Origin: Methanocaldococcus indicus
Lineage (GTDB): Archaea > AGJL01 > Methanococci > Methanococcales > Methanocaldococcaceae
Assembly: GCF_049554935.1 (NCBI RefSeq)
Contig: NZ_CP186926.1
Location: forward strand, 1,152,001-1,216,000
Length of the DNA: 64,000 nucleotides
Reading direction: 5' to 3'
Shown in pieces: positions 1 to 10,778 of the stretch. Within the stretch, counting starts at the first letter, position 1, and the number at the start of each line of letters is the position of its first letter. The position numbers and the translations under genes are program-made. Below the pieces are notes generated by a model. The model was not told the DNA's origin. It made no database searches and saw only the letters and a list, made by a program, of their open reading frames with translations.

Positions 1-787
1 ATTTTTTCCTTGGCACTTATACATGGACATCCATTGGGTTCCAAATAAAGATAAAAGAATAGCAAACCCAGCACAAACATTTTTTGACAAATATGTTATA
101 TCAGCAAAAAATATTGAAGTTCCTGGAATATATACTGAAGTTTATACTCCATATCAGAACTATATCAATCACATCTTACAAAATAAAGATAGAATAGAGA
201 ATTTTGGTTCTTTAGTAGCTCCTCTTGGAGTAAAATATATTTTACTTACAAAAGAAGTGGATTATAAAAACTACAACTTCTTATTTAAACAGAAAGATTT
301 AAAATTAATCTTAGAAACAAAAAATTTCTATGTGTTTAAAAACGAAAGGTATAAAGGAAAGATTTATTCAGTTGAAGGAATTAAATATGTAAAAAATTTT
401 GATGAATTAATAAACTTAAGTAATAAAGAGGATATATCAAAAGAATTAATTTTAATAGGAAATGGAACTAATAAAGCCTCAGACAAATGGAAGCCATTAA
501 ATTACAAAGAAATAAATCCTGCAAAATATGTTATTGAAGATAAGCCTTTAAAATACATAATATTCACAAACGAATACTCAAAAGATTGGGTGTTAAATGG
601 AAAAAAACCTTTAAACGCTTATGGCGTTGTCAATGCCTATGAAATAAAAGAAAATGAAAATAAATATATCATAACTTATGAAAGGTTTTATAAAGTGTGC
701 TTACCTTCTTATATAATTTCCTTGATATCTCTAATGTTATGTATCGTATGTTTAATTAAAGAGAAACTAAACTTAAAAACCAAATAA
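1..787 (+). CDS. C-terminal part of a large membrane protein (YfhO/AftD-like, putative GT-C fold); start lies upstream of the window
   Basis: Frame 2 is open from the window edge (FFPWHLYMDIHW). Motifs LGVKYILL, KEINPAKY..IIFTNEYSKDW..NAYGVVNAY and the terminal TM helix parallel the C-terminus of ORF 5268..8192. Confidence 0.6.
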   Translation, partial: FFPWHLYMDIHWVPNKDKRIANPAQTFFDKYVISAKNIEVPGIYTEVYTPYQNYINHILQNKDRIENFGSLVAPLGVKYILLTKEVDYKNYNFLFKQKDLKLILETKNFYVFKNERYKGKIYSVEGIKYVKNFDELINLSNKEDISKELILIGNGTNKASDKWKPLNYKEINPAKYVIEDKPLKYIIFTNEYSKDWVLNGKKPLNAYGVVNAYEIKENENKYIITYERFYKVCLPSYIISLISLMLCIVCLIKEKLNLKTK

Positions 788-791
788 ACCT

Positions 792-2166
792 CTATTTTCT
801 ATTCCAGTCATCCTCAAATCTTACAATATCATCCTCGCCCAAATACTCTCCAACCTGTATCTCTATAACCTCCAAAGGAATCTTTCCAGGGTTTTCTAAC
901 CTATGCTTTAAACCGCTCTTCTAACGAAGATGCTTTCTCCACTTCTAACAAATTTTTCTTTTCCCTCAATAGTTACCTTAGCCATACCTTTAACAACAAC
1001 CCAGTGCTCACTCCTATGGTAATGTAATTGATAACTCAGCTTTTTTCCAGGTAGAACAGTTATTTTCTTAACTTTATAAAATCTTCCCTCATCTAAAACC
1101 TCATAACATCCCCACGGTCTATAAACTTTCTTGTGGAATAAAACCCTTTCATTACCTTTTTGTTTTAAATATTTAACTACATCTTTAACTTTCTGACTTT
1201 CTCCCTTATTACAAATTAATAAAGCATCTTTCGTATCAACAACAATTAAATCATCGATTCCAATCAAAGAAACTAACTTCCCTTCATGAGTATATATTAG
1301 GTTATTTCTCGAATTTAAAACAACATTCTCCCCATAAATAATATTTCCATTTTTATCCTTATTAAAAACCTCATATATGGCATCAAAACTACCTAAATCA
1401 CTCCATCTTATATTTAGAGGGATTACAGCAACTCTATCAGATTTCTCCATAATTCCATAATCTATTGAAATATCAGGAACTTTTTTATAAACCTCCTCTA
1501 TATTGCCCTCTTTAAATGCCTTACAAATTTCTGGACAGTATCTCTTAACTTCCTCTTCAAAAATATCAGTCTTAAAGAGAAACATTCCACTATTCCATAA
1601 ATATCCTCTCTCTATATATCTCTTAGCAGTCTCAAAATCAGGTTTTTCTTTAAATTCATCTACCTTATAACCAACATCCAATTTCATTCCAGGTTTTATG
1701 TAACCATAGCCTGTATGAGGTCTATTAGGCTTAATTCCAAAGGTTATTAAATAATTATCTGCCAACTTAACTCCTTCTTTAACAGATTTCACAAATTCAT
1801 CTCCATTCTTAATTAAATGGTCTGAAGGGAAAACAGCTACAACATTATCTCCATCCCTATCCTTTATAACTTTAGCCCATAATATATTGCTGGTAAGGTA
1901 TTTTTTCCAATAGGTTCAACTAAAATATTTTCTTCTTTAAAATTATAACCTAACTCCTTTATCTGACCCAAAACCAAAAACTTATGCTTTTCATTTGTAA
2001 TTATGTATATATCATTTATATCTGATAGTTTTAAAGTCCTTTCAAATGTTAGTTGAAAAAGTGATTTTCTAAATGCTTTGAATTTTATAAATTGTTTCGG
2101 GTAATATTCTCTACTTAGTGGGAATAATCTACTACCTATACCACCAGCCAAAATGATAGATTTCAT
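792..2166 (-). pseudogene. manC: Mannose-1-phosphate guanylyltransferase / mannose-6-phosphate isomerase with two frameshifts
   Basis: ILAGGIGSRLFPLSREYYPKQF, WNSGMF, DISIDYGIME, WSDLGS and the cupin RPWG..HRSEHW are all present. The frame breaks at about 1872 (the other frame continues VIKDRDGDNVVAVFPSDH) and at about 918 (continues [38 protein letters not shown], stop at 792). Confidence 0.88.
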
Positions 2167-2242
2167 TTTATCACTTTTTTATTATTTATCTTATAAATTA
2201 AAATATTATTATTCTGATTATTAAATAAAAATTTTCCAAAAA

Positions 2243-2848
2243 TTGGTGACATTTATGGTAGATAAAATTAAAGACATTAGAGATGTAATTTTAAATGTAT
2301 TTATTATTATGTTATTTATATATTTATTTATAATGACATACATCTATTTACAAACTAACATTACCTACAACTTATATATTATAAAGGTAAATATACAAGT
2401 AGTATTGGTGATTTTGGGAATAATGCTTATTTTACTGTATCTTCCAAAAGTGAAAACAGTAACATATGATTTATTTAAGAAATTCCATTCTCAAATAAAA
2501 TCTTTTTCATTAGGTCAAAAGTTTGTTCTTATAGCAATTATTCTTCTAATATACTCTGCAATTTCTTTAATAAAAAATAATGAAAATTATGCGAATGCAA
2601 TTGCTATTTTAAGTTATTACTTTTTGACTCTTGGAGTAATTAATGAATTCATAATTTATGTTTTAGAAGAAAAAATTAATGACAAAATAAATATTATTCA
2701 AACATTTGCATCTCTACTATTTCTTGGATTAGCTGTTCATTATACAAGTGATATTAAATATTATTTTAAATATTTGGATATTGTAATTATTGCAATTGCA
2801 TTAATATACATTATAATAGAATTAAAAAATAAAAAAAAAAGATATTAG
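2243..2848 (+). CDS. Hypothetical multi-pass membrane protein
   Basis: About six hydrophobic segments and a basic C-terminus. Confidence 0.65.
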   Translation: MVTFMVDKIKDIRDVILNVFIIMLFIYLFIMTYIYLQTNITYNLYIIKVNIQVVLVILGIMLILLYLPKVKTVTYDLFKKFHSQIKSFSLGQKFVLIAIILLIYSAISLIKNNENYANAIAILSYYFLTLGVINEFIIYVLEEKINDKINIIQTFASLLFLGLAVHYTSDIKYYFKYLDIVIIAIALIYIIIELKNKKKRY

Positions 2849-2856
2849 TTAATTGT

Positions 2857-4296
2857 TCATTTTTTCTTACCTATAAATAAGTATGCTCCCACTCCAATAA
2901 TTACCAATACAGCTATTACCATTATGATTGCTGTCCATGGAGATCCTTTTGTTTCTTCTGTTACTGATTGTGTTGTTACTTCTTTTGTTGTTGTAGTTTT
3001 TTCCTCGATTGTGGTTGGCTTTGAGGATTTATTTCCTTCTTTGATTGTTGTTGTTTTTGTTGTAGTTTCTTCTTCAGTTGTAGTAGGTTTCTCTTCTTCT
3101 GCTTTAATTGCTACAGCAAAAATACTAAATCCTGGAGTGTATGCTTTATAATATATATTTTCTGCATCTTCAATTCCTAATTTTTGGGTTTCTAAAGTTT
3201 CCCATCCATTGTGGTATCTTAACATTACTACATCATCTGGGTTATATCCTTTTTCTTTAAGCCATTTCTTTGATACCATAAACTTAATCCAACCTTTTGG
3301 TTCAATTTCTTTTCCTGTAGCTTCATCTATAACCTTTATTTCAATGATGTTGTATATGTCCTTAGCAATTGCTGGCTTTTCTATTGTTGATGGTAGTGAT
3401 GCTAATTTTGCAATCATTACTTTTGCTTGGACTTGTTGTTGATACTCAAGTGTTAATCCAAGTATTCCTAATTCTTTTGCTTTTTCAAATGGTATTGATA
3501 TTTCTATTGGTTTTCCTGGTTCAAATTGAGTTTTTATTTCTACTTTTGCAACAACTCCTGGAGTTTCAGTTTCTTCGGAGGATATTGCTATGCCGCCTCC
3601 ACCACCAGATGTATAATGTCCAGATGTATAATGTGTTGTTGTAGTTGTTTCTTTTACTTCAATACTTTGTTCTTTTGTAAATAAAACTGTTTCACCATCA
3701 GATTTTTTAACTACAACTTCTAATTTTATTTTGTAAGTTCCAGCAGATTTTGGTTTCCATTTTATATCATAAACAATAAATGCAGAATTTAAACTATTTA
3801 TGACATTGTATCCGTAACCATAGCCAGTTATGTAGCCATAATTATATCCGTAACCATATCCTGTTTGGTAAGTAATATACCCATATCTTGATTCATTTAT
3901 ATAATCATATCCATAACCATATCCTGAAACAGCATTAGTTTCTGAATCTACTTTTATTTCAATAATCTCACTTGAAGTGTTGTATAGCTCTATATTTTGA
4001 ACAACAATTGCATTTGGAGTTAAATTAATCGGAATATTTACTTTATCAACTTTTCCATCTTTTGATATTGTTAATGTTATATTTTGGATATCTGACCATT
4101 CTTGACTTTGGATTTCTATTTTTGCTTTGAAACTAACCTCTTCATTTACATTACAACTTGAAGGTAGATTTTCAAAACTTACCTGTATTCCCGCCATGGG
4201 TTGTATCAATATTAGCATAGCTACAATACTTAGCGTTATTATTATACTTGATAATGTCTTCTTGTCTTTATTTATAGGAGTCATAATCTCCCCCAA
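2857..4296 (-). CDS. PGF-pre-PGF domain cell-surface protein
   Basis: Signal peptide, GYGYG-rich segment, GGGGG linker, YYKAYTPGFSIFAV motif, Thr/Glu-rich linker, C-terminal TM helix followed by KKK. Confidence 0.8.
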   Translation of the reverse strand: MGEIMTPINKDKKTLSSIIITLSIVAMLILIQPMAGIQVSFENLPSSCNVNEEVSFKAKIEIQSQEWSDIQNITLTISKDGKVDKVNIPINLTPNAIVVQNIELYNTSSEIIEIKVDSETNAVSGYGYGYDYINESRYGYITYQTGYGYGYNYGYITGYGYGYNVINSLNSAFIVYDIKWKPKSAGTYKIKLEVVVKKSDGETVLFTKEQSIEVKETTTTTHYTSGHYTSGGGGGIAISSEETETPGVVAKVEIKTQFEPGKPIEISIPFEKAKELGILGLTLEYQQQVQAKVMIAKLASLPSTIEKPAIAKDIYNIIEIKVIDEATGKEIEPKGWIKFMVSKKWLKEKGYNPDDVVMLRYHNGWETLETQKLGIEDAENIYYKAYTPGFSIFAVAIKAEEEKPTTTEEETTTKTTTIKEGNKSSKPTTIEEKTTTTKEVTTQSVTEETKGSPWTAIIMVIAVLVIIGVGAYLFIGKKK

Positions 4297-4463
4297 AATA
4301 TAGAATCATAAGTCTTAGAAAGAAATAAGAATATATAAAATCTTAATTAACTTTATAAATATATAAAATTTATGGTATTGAAAATTTATGGGTAATATTG
4401 GGTTTATACTAGTTATAGTAATTAATATTATATATAAATGTTTGTGATATTTCTATATTTGAA

Positions 4464-5204
4464 ATGGTGAGGCTGATGGGATTATCTATAATTATGCCTT
4501 GTTATAGAGGAGAAAGATTTATTGAACATTCCATTAGAGAAGTTGAAAGAATAGTTAGTAAATTTTGTAAAGATTTTGAAATTATTGTTGTAGTTGATGG
4601 TTTTGTAGATAAAACTTATGAGATTGCTAAAAAGTTAGAAGAAGAATTTAATAATTTAAAGGTTGTAGGATATGAGAAAAATAGAGGTAAGGGTTATGCA
4701 TTAAAGTATGGGTTAAAATTTTGCAATGGGAAGTATGTGGCATTGTTGGATAGTGATTTAGAGTGTCGTCCTGAAACATTAAAGTGGTTTATTGAAAAAA
4801 TTAAAAACAATAATATTGATATAATTATTGGAAATAGAAAAAATAGAAAAAGTATTGTTAAATATCCAAAATTAAGGAAGTTCCTAAGCTATGGGTTTGT
4901 ATTTTATGTAAATTTGATGTTTCCAGAGCTTAAAGTTAAAGATACTCAAACTGGAATTAAGATGTTTAAAAAAGAAATTTTAGAAGATTTATTTAAAGAG
5001 TTTGAAAGGTTGAATTTATCTTATAGATATTCCTTTGATGTTTCTTTATTGGTTTTGGCAAGAAGAAAAGGATATACAATAAAAGATAGCCCATGTATTG
5101 TTGTTAAAGAGGATAATGGAAATAATCTAAATGGATTAAAATTAATTAATATAATTTATAGTATGGGAAAAGATATTATTAAGTTAAAAATGAGGTTGAA
5201 ATAA
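4464..5204 (+). CDS. GT2 glycosyltransferase (dolichol-phosphate sugar synthase-like)
   Basis: SIIMPCY, IIVVVDG, NRGKGYAL, LDSD and DTQTGIKMF motifs. Confidence 0.85.
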   Translation: MVRLMGLSIIMPCYRGERFIEHSIREVERIVSKFCKDFEIIVVVDGFVDKTYEIAKKLEEEFNNLKVVGYEKNRGKGYALKYGLKFCNGKYVALLDSDLECRPETLKWFIEKIKNNNIDIIIGNRKNRKSIVKYPKLRKFLSYGFVFYVNLMFPELKVKDTQTGIKMFKKEILEDLFKEFERLNLSYRYSFDVSLLVLARRKGYTIKDSPCIVVKEDNGNNLNGLKLINIIYSMGKDIIKLKMRLK

Positions 5205-5267
5205 ATTAAATTAAAAATCTATTTTAAATTTAATAGATTATTTAGTTTTTGTTTTAAATTTGATTAC

Positions 5268-8192
5268 CTATTTTTCTCTTTTCCAGTTATAAAGTAAGTA
5301 GGTTATACAGCATAATAGTGTTGCTCCACTTATGAATAATCCAAAGTAGAATAAACTCTGTGGTAAGAAATATATGATTATTGTAAATCTACCATCCTTA
5401 TTTTTATCAAATTCTTTTGGGTTAATATACCATGCGTTTGCAAAACCGTTTGCTATGAAGTGGAAAGTTTCATTTACAGCTGGTTTTTTAAATAAGTAGA
5501 TTATATCCCCCGGAGTAAATCTATACCAGTCATGCTTAGCCTCTTTCACATGAACTTTTGGATATTCTGCCATTATTTGGTTAAAGTTAGTTGATTTATC
5601 TTCTATGTAGATTTTCCACTGTGGATGATATGATTCAGAGAACACCAGGAAGAATGGTTGTGTAGCGTTTTCTACTGATACAATGTATTTTGTTGGGTTG
5701 ATTTTTTTGAAGGTTATTGTTGGAGTTGAAGATTTAATTTCATTTAGTTTAGTTAAGTTAGTTAAATCTAATGTGTGCAAGGTTATATTATTATCTTTGA
5801 TTATATGATTAATTTGTATTATTGCTCTTTGATTTGGGGGGATTACAATTGGAAAGTTTATGGGTTTTGTCCCCATACCCATCCAGTCAGTTTCCCACCA
5901 TACTCCTATAATATCATCTATTTGTTTTCCATTTTCATCTATTTTAGTAATTATTAATGGTTTAGAACCAGTTTTAATGTAGATTAGTGTTGAATTATAG
6001 GCACTCCAGCCAGTTGAACTATACGGTGGGAATTTGTATGGACATGTTTTTAGGGATGAGAAAGTCAGAGTATCATTTAGTTCTTTTCCATCTGTTCTTA
6101 TAACTGATTTCCATCCTATATAGTATCTTGCATCTATAGAATTGTTTGATAAATTATTCCAGCTGAATGGATTTTTATTTCCATTGGTTGGTTTTATAGA
6201 TATTGTGTGTTTAGTTATGATTATTGAATTATTGTAATTTTTAAGGAATTGCCACTGTTCTTTATTTGTTTGGTTAGAAAGGATTATTATGTTGTTTTCA
6301 ATTTCATAGTCATCCAAGCTTAGTATTATGAACATGTCATTAAGGCTACTATTTAAGAACACTATATTTCTAACAGAATATATTTTAGGTAAGCTATATT
6401 TCAATGAATATATCTTAACATATCTATTATGCGAAGTGCTATTATTAATGATATAGAGTTTATTATCAAGTTGTTTATTTATTAATTCTAAATTATATAG
6501 ATTTTTATTTGGAGTGTGCCATGGTAAAACATCCATTCTTAATACTATATATTTTATATTTAACATATATAAAATTTTTTTAACTTTTGAGATATTAGTT
6601 GAAGTGTATATATTTTTTTCGAGAATTCTAATAAAATCTCTGTTAAATATACAAAGATCTGAATATAATGTGGGTTTTGGAGAATATAATATTATTGGAT
6701 CTCCTCCCTGACCTTCAGTCTGATAAAAAGTTTTAAGGTAGTAAGGTGAAGCAACCATTGGTAAATACATAACTCGTATGTCTTTTTTATCGTTTTTTAA
6801 CAATAGTTGAATTTTTTTATATTCTTCAGGAGTTTCAAAAACATTTACCTTCGCCCATAGCTTATGGTAGTTATCTGAAAGATAGTTATAAGAAAAATCT
6901 CCAGATAAGTATGTAGGAATATTAAGTAATAGAAATATCAAAATGGCTATTATTAACATTAATTTTTTTGTTTTTATATTATTTAGCTTTTTTAAAGTTA
7001 GAAAAATTGAAAGCCCTACACAAATCGATAGTCCTAAAGTAGCAATAAAAATTAAATGTTGAGGGGATCTAAACAAAAACATATAGGATATTACATTACT
7101 TAAAACATTTTTAAGAGGACCCTTTAATCCTGATGATAAACCAACACCAATTAGGAATACGAAATACCAAAAGAGATATTCCCCATATATTCCAAACTTT
7201 GTAGTTTTATTATCTTTAAACATTATACCTAATAAACATAATATAACAGGGGCTATCAAAATGAAATACCCTACAGATCCAAAAAAATCAAGTACTACGT
7301 GCGTATAAAAATGTCTATCAAAATACCCCGAAGTCGTAAATGCAAGAAAAGTATCTGGAACATTATGTGCAAATGACATATATACTTGCATTTTTGGTTG
7401 TGAAATTGCGTATTCTATTTGAGTAGATGTTAAAAAATTAATAAAATAAAATAACCACCACGCATTCAGTAGTAAAATCATGAGAAAAACAAATAACAAA
7501 AAAATTTTATTAATTTTTATTTTTTTTATATTTAGTGTTATATATATCATTATAATAAATATAAAAATAAATAATTTTTGTAGAGACATTGTTATAGCTG
7601 AAAATAGCAAAACAAATATTATTAAGTCCCTAATGGGTTTTTTACTTGTTATAATAATACGTCTGAAGTAAAGGAGTATCAATGGAAAAATCGAATATGA
7701 TATTAATTGGGTGTATGCTCCCCCAATAATTTCATTAAATAAATAGGGTGAAAATCCGTAAAACAACCCTCCAAAAAACGAAGCAATATATATTATATTA
7801 GAATCTAATTTTTGCTCTGAGTAAGATACAATAATATTGTATATTAAATAAAACATAGAAATAGATGAGATGCTTAAAATAAGAGATATAAAAAGCTTGG
7901 ATGTTAAACCTCCCCCAAATATCTCACATAAAATTCCTTGAATGATCCAATATGGGATGTTAGTTATAAAATACCCAATTTCAAAACCAAAACAATTTTC
8001 ATCATATACAAAAAAAGATTTTTTTATTAAAGTATTTGCACTAATTGATGTTGATGGAAATGACCAATCCCAGTTATGTCCAACTGTGCCATTATTTACC
8101 AAAAAATTATGTATGCTAAAAAAACTAAGAAAAATGTAAAATAAAAATACAAATGCTAATTTTTTGTTAATTGATTTGACTGTTTTAATCAT
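5268..8192 (-). CDS. Large multi-pass membrane protein, AftD/YfhO-like putative GT-C glycosyltransferase
   Basis: N-terminal GHNWDW loop, about 12 TM helices, GGLFYGFSP, LFRSPQH, LNIKYIVLRMD, a large external domain and a terminal TM helix. Confidence 0.6.
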   Translation of the reverse strand: MIKTVKSINKKLAFVFLFYIFLSFFSIHNFLVNNGTVGHNWDWSFPSTSISANTLIKKSFFVYDENCFGFEIGYFITNIPYWIIQGILCEIFGGGLTSKLFISLILSISSISMFYLIYNIIVSYSEQKLDSNIIYIASFFGGLFYGFSPYLFNEIIGGAYTQLISYSIFPLILLYFRRIIITSKKPIRDLIIFVLLFSAITMSLQKLFIFIFIIMIYITLNIKKIKINKIFLLFVFLMILLLNAWWLFYFINFLTSTQIEYAISQPKMQVYMSFAHNVPDTFLAFTTSGYFDRHFYTHVVLDFFGSVGYFILIAPVILCLLGIMFKDNKTTKFGIYGEYLFWYFVFLIGVGLSSGLKGPLKNVLSNVISYMFLFRSPQHLIFIATLGLSICVGLSIFLTLKKLNNIKTKKLMLIIAILIFLLLNIPTYLSGDFSYNYLSDNYHKLWAKVNVFETPEEYKKIQLLLKNDKKDIRVMYLPMVASPYYLKTFYQTEGQGGDPIILYSPKPTLYSDLCIFNRDFIRILEKNIYTSTNISKVKKILYMLNIKYIVLRMDVLPWHTPNKNLYNLELINKQLDNKLYIINNSTSHNRYVKIYSLKYSLPKIYSVRNIVFLNSSLNDMFIILSLDDYEIENNIIILSNQTNKEQWQFLKNYNNSIIITKHTISIKPTNGNKNPFSWNNLSNNSIDARYYIGWKSVIRTDGKELNDTLTFSSLKTCPYKFPPYSSTGWSAYNSTLIYIKTGSKPLIITKIDENGKQIDDIIGVWWETDWMGMGTKPINFPIVIPPNQRAIIQINHIIKDNNITLHTLDLTNLTKLNEIKSSTPTITFKKINPTKYIVSVENATQPFFLVFSESYHPQWKIYIEDKSTNFNQIMAEYPKVHVKEAKHDWYRFTPGDIIYLFKKPAVNETFHFIANGFANAWYINPKEFDKNKDGRFTIIIYFLPQSLFYFGLFISGATLLCCITYLLYNWKREK

Positions 8193-9094
8193 TCCACCAT
8201 CCCCTCCAACACACCCTTTAAGTATGCACCGATAAACTCAGTTTTTCCAAGTTTTAATAACACATACAAATAATACATTGTTATAACTAAATTAAAAGTT
8301 AGTAAAAATATTATATAGTGTGTTTTTGGTGCATTTCTTTTCATAAATATAACCCTATTTCTTGCCAATAAATATACCCTATCCCATCTATGCAATCCTA
8401 AATTTCTTGAGTTGTCCGTTTCTATAGGGATGTTATGGTATGCTATTGCAGAAGGAACTGCTAAAACTTTATACCCTAATTTTTTTATTCTAATAGCTAA
8501 TTCGCTTTCTTCATACATAATTTTATATTTTTCATAAAAACCTCCAAGTTTATCAAAGCATTCTTTTCTCACCATGAAAGTATGGGGCATGTGGTCTATT
8601 TCATAAGGTTGTTTTGGAAGATTTACTTCACTTAGCTTTTTATTTCTATGCAAATATTTTGTTAAACTTGTAAATAAATCGTTATATCCCCCTGCACACC
8701 AGATTATATCGCTATTCCAATACAATATTACTGGTGCTACTAAGCCCACTTTTTCATCACTTTCCAATACTTCAACAAGCTTGTTTATAGTATCTTTATC
8801 AACAGCTCCATCATCATCTATAAAGAACAAATACTTCCCTTTAGCGTATTTTGCTCCTATGTTTCTGCCTTTGGCTGGAAAGTAATTTTTATCATTCTTT
8901 ACATAGAAAATATAAGGAAATTTTTCACAGTATTTCTTAATAATATCGGGAGTATTATCAGTAGATGCATTATCTACAACAATTATTTCTTTTTTTGGAT
9001 AGTTATCAGATACTAATGATTCTAATAAAATCTTAAGTTTATCAAGTCGATTATGTGTTACTATGATAATAGAAACTAATGGTAATTTGTTCAT
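8189..9094 (-). CDS. GT2 glycosyltransferase
   Basis: VSIIIVTHN, IIVVDNASTD, GRNIGA and FFIDDD motifs. Confidence 0.9.
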   Translation of the reverse strand: MNKLPLVSIIIVTHNRLDKLKILLESLVSDNYPKKEIIVVDNASTDNTPDIIKKYCEKFPYIFYVKNDKNYFPAKGRNIGAKYAKGKYLFFIDDDGAVDKDTINKLVEVLESDEKVGLVAPVILYWNSDIIWCAGGYNDLFTSLTKYLHRNKKLSEVNLPKQPYEIDHMPHTFMVRKECFDKLGGFYEKYKIMYEESELAIRIKKLGYKVLAVPSAIAYHNIPIETDNSRNLGLHRWDRVYLLARNRVIFMKRNAPKTHYIIFLLTFNLVITMYYLYVLLKLGKTEFIGAYLKGVLEGMVE

Positions 9095-9114
9095 TTTTTA
9101 CACCACATTATGAT

Positions 9115-9726
9115 TTATTTTTTAGCAATAATAAATATGGTGTATCCACTATCTTTTTTCCTTAAATTATACTCAATATCTATTTTCTTTAGTAATAGCT
9201 TTGGAGCATAAGGTAAATTCACTTTAAAAATTTTAGTAATTGGATATGTTATAAAACTATACCATAAAATACCCAATAACTCCCAAAAACCGCCTGCAGT
9301 AAAAACATCTTCTACTTTAAATCCAACATTTTCAACCATTTTAATAAGGGTCTTTACTTTATAATGCCTATGTCCTAAAATATACTTTGCAGGGTCTAAA
9401 TACGTATAAATAGGTCTATCATTTGGAGTTGTTAAGATTAAAATACCGTTTGGCTTTAGAACTCTATAGATTTCTGATAATGCCTTCAACTCACTATTTT
9501 TTGGTAGATGTTCAATTACATCTGTAAAATAAACAAGATCAAAAGTATTATCTTCAAATGGTAAGTTCAAGACATCTGCAACTATATCGGGATTTACATT
9601 AGGATCAATATCTACATTTATACTTCCAAATCGGGTTTCTTTACAACCAATATTTAATGAAAATCCATTAATATTTGAAGTTAGTTCTTTAATAACTCTC
9701 AACCTACCAAAAATTTCATTATTCAT
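9115..9726 (-). CDS. Class I SAM-dependent methyltransferase
   Basis: LNIGC, LPFEDNTFDLV, DVIEHL and EIYRVLKPNG motifs. The likely start is ATG at 9726, just after the upstream stop codon. Confidence 0.85.
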   Translation of the reverse strand: MNNEIFGRLRVIKELTSNINGFSLNIGCKETRFGSINVDIDPNVNPDIVADVLNLPFEDNTFDLVYFTDVIEHLPKNSELKALSEIYRVLKPNGILILTTPNDRPIYTYLDPAKYILGHRHYKVKTLIKMVENVGFKVEDVFTAGGFWELLGILWYSFITYPITKIFKVNLPYAPKLLLKKIDIEYNLRKKDSGYTIFIIAKK

Positions 9727-9730
9727 TTTA

Positions 9731-10750
9731 TCAACCTTGTTTCCATTTACTTCTATCTTCAGGTTTAACCCCAAACAAATAATTCTGTAAAGTTCCAAAT
9801 CCATAAACCAACAAAGTTATCCAGCAGGCTGGGATATGAAAGAACCAAGCTACATCTGGCTTTTTTCTATAACCTTTAATAACTTGAAATAATAACGGTA
9901 ATATAAATACCGTATAAACAATAAACTTTAAAAGTTTGCCTCTGCTAAGTGATGACCATGGATATTTTCTTAATCCCAATTTTTTATAGTATGAATAATC
10001 TTTAATCCTTCTTCTCTGTTTTCTTATAAAGGTAGATATACTACCAGAGAATATATGGATTATTCCAACTTTAACCTTAGCAAATTTGTTATATCCTTGC
10101 TTAACTAACTCATACACAACATCAATATCAAACAAATAATCATCTATTGAACATTTTTTAAGCATTTTTCTTCTTATCATAAATCCATTAGCACCAATTG
10201 TTGGTATTTCTCTCTCATTAATCTCAATTTTTAAATAATCTCCCCTATCTTCCTCTTTGATATTTAATTCTGTCCATTTGTCAGTTATCAAACAATACCT
10301 ATCATAGTTTCCCATGTATAGACATAAAGGGTCGTTCATTCCTATTAAAGCACAATATCGAGTTATATAACCATCTTCCTTTCTGTAAGTATAATAAAGC
10401 GGTTCTGAGCCAACTATTTCCTCATCTTCAATAAATGGTTTTATCATTTTTTTAAACCAATCTTTTGTTGGTAGTATATTATCAGAATCAATTAATGCAA
10501 TAATATCTCCGTTAGCTTTTTTAACTCCAACGGCTTTTCCAGCCTCCCCCGTTTTTAAAGGATTATTAAATATTTTATCCGTATATCTTCTTGCTATCTC
10601 TAAGGTTCTATCTACAGACCCTCCATCGGCAATGATTATTTCAATTTTATCCTTTGGATAATCTTGATTAACTATAGATTCCAGACACATCTCAAGAGTT
10701 TTTTCTGAGTTATATGTTGGAATAACTACTGTTATAGAGGGACACTCCAT
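9731..10750 (-). CDS. GT2 glycosyltransferase with C-terminal TM segments
   Basis: ITVVIPTYNS, IIIADGGSVD and ALIDSDN motifs. Confidence 0.9.
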   Translation of the reverse strand: MECPSITVVIPTYNSEKTLEMCLESIVNQDYPKDKIEIIIADGGSVDRTLEIARRYTDKIFNNPLKTGEAGKAVGVKKANGDIIALIDSDNILPTKDWFKKMIKPFIEDEEIVGSEPLYYTYRKEDGYITRYCALIGMNDPLCLYMGNYDRYCLITDKWTELNIKEEDRGDYLKIEINEREIPTIGANGFMIRRKMLKKCSIDDYLFDIDVVYELVKQGYNKFAKVKVGIIHIFSGSISTFIRKQRRRIKDYSYYKKLGLRKYPWSSLSRGKLLKFIVYTVFILPLLFQVIKGYRKKPDVAWFFHIPACWITLLVYGFGTLQNYLFGVKPEDRSKWKQG

Positions 10751-10778
10751 TTTTTATCAACCTCAGTTGTCTTTACTA

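Noticed and set aside
2924-3644. Short hydrophobic ORFs on the + strand, and similar 60-140 aa antisense ORFs throughout the window
   Set aside because: They lie wholly opposite well-supported genes and reflect codon bias (Lys/Glu/Thr-rich sense gives Phe/Ser/Val-rich antisense).
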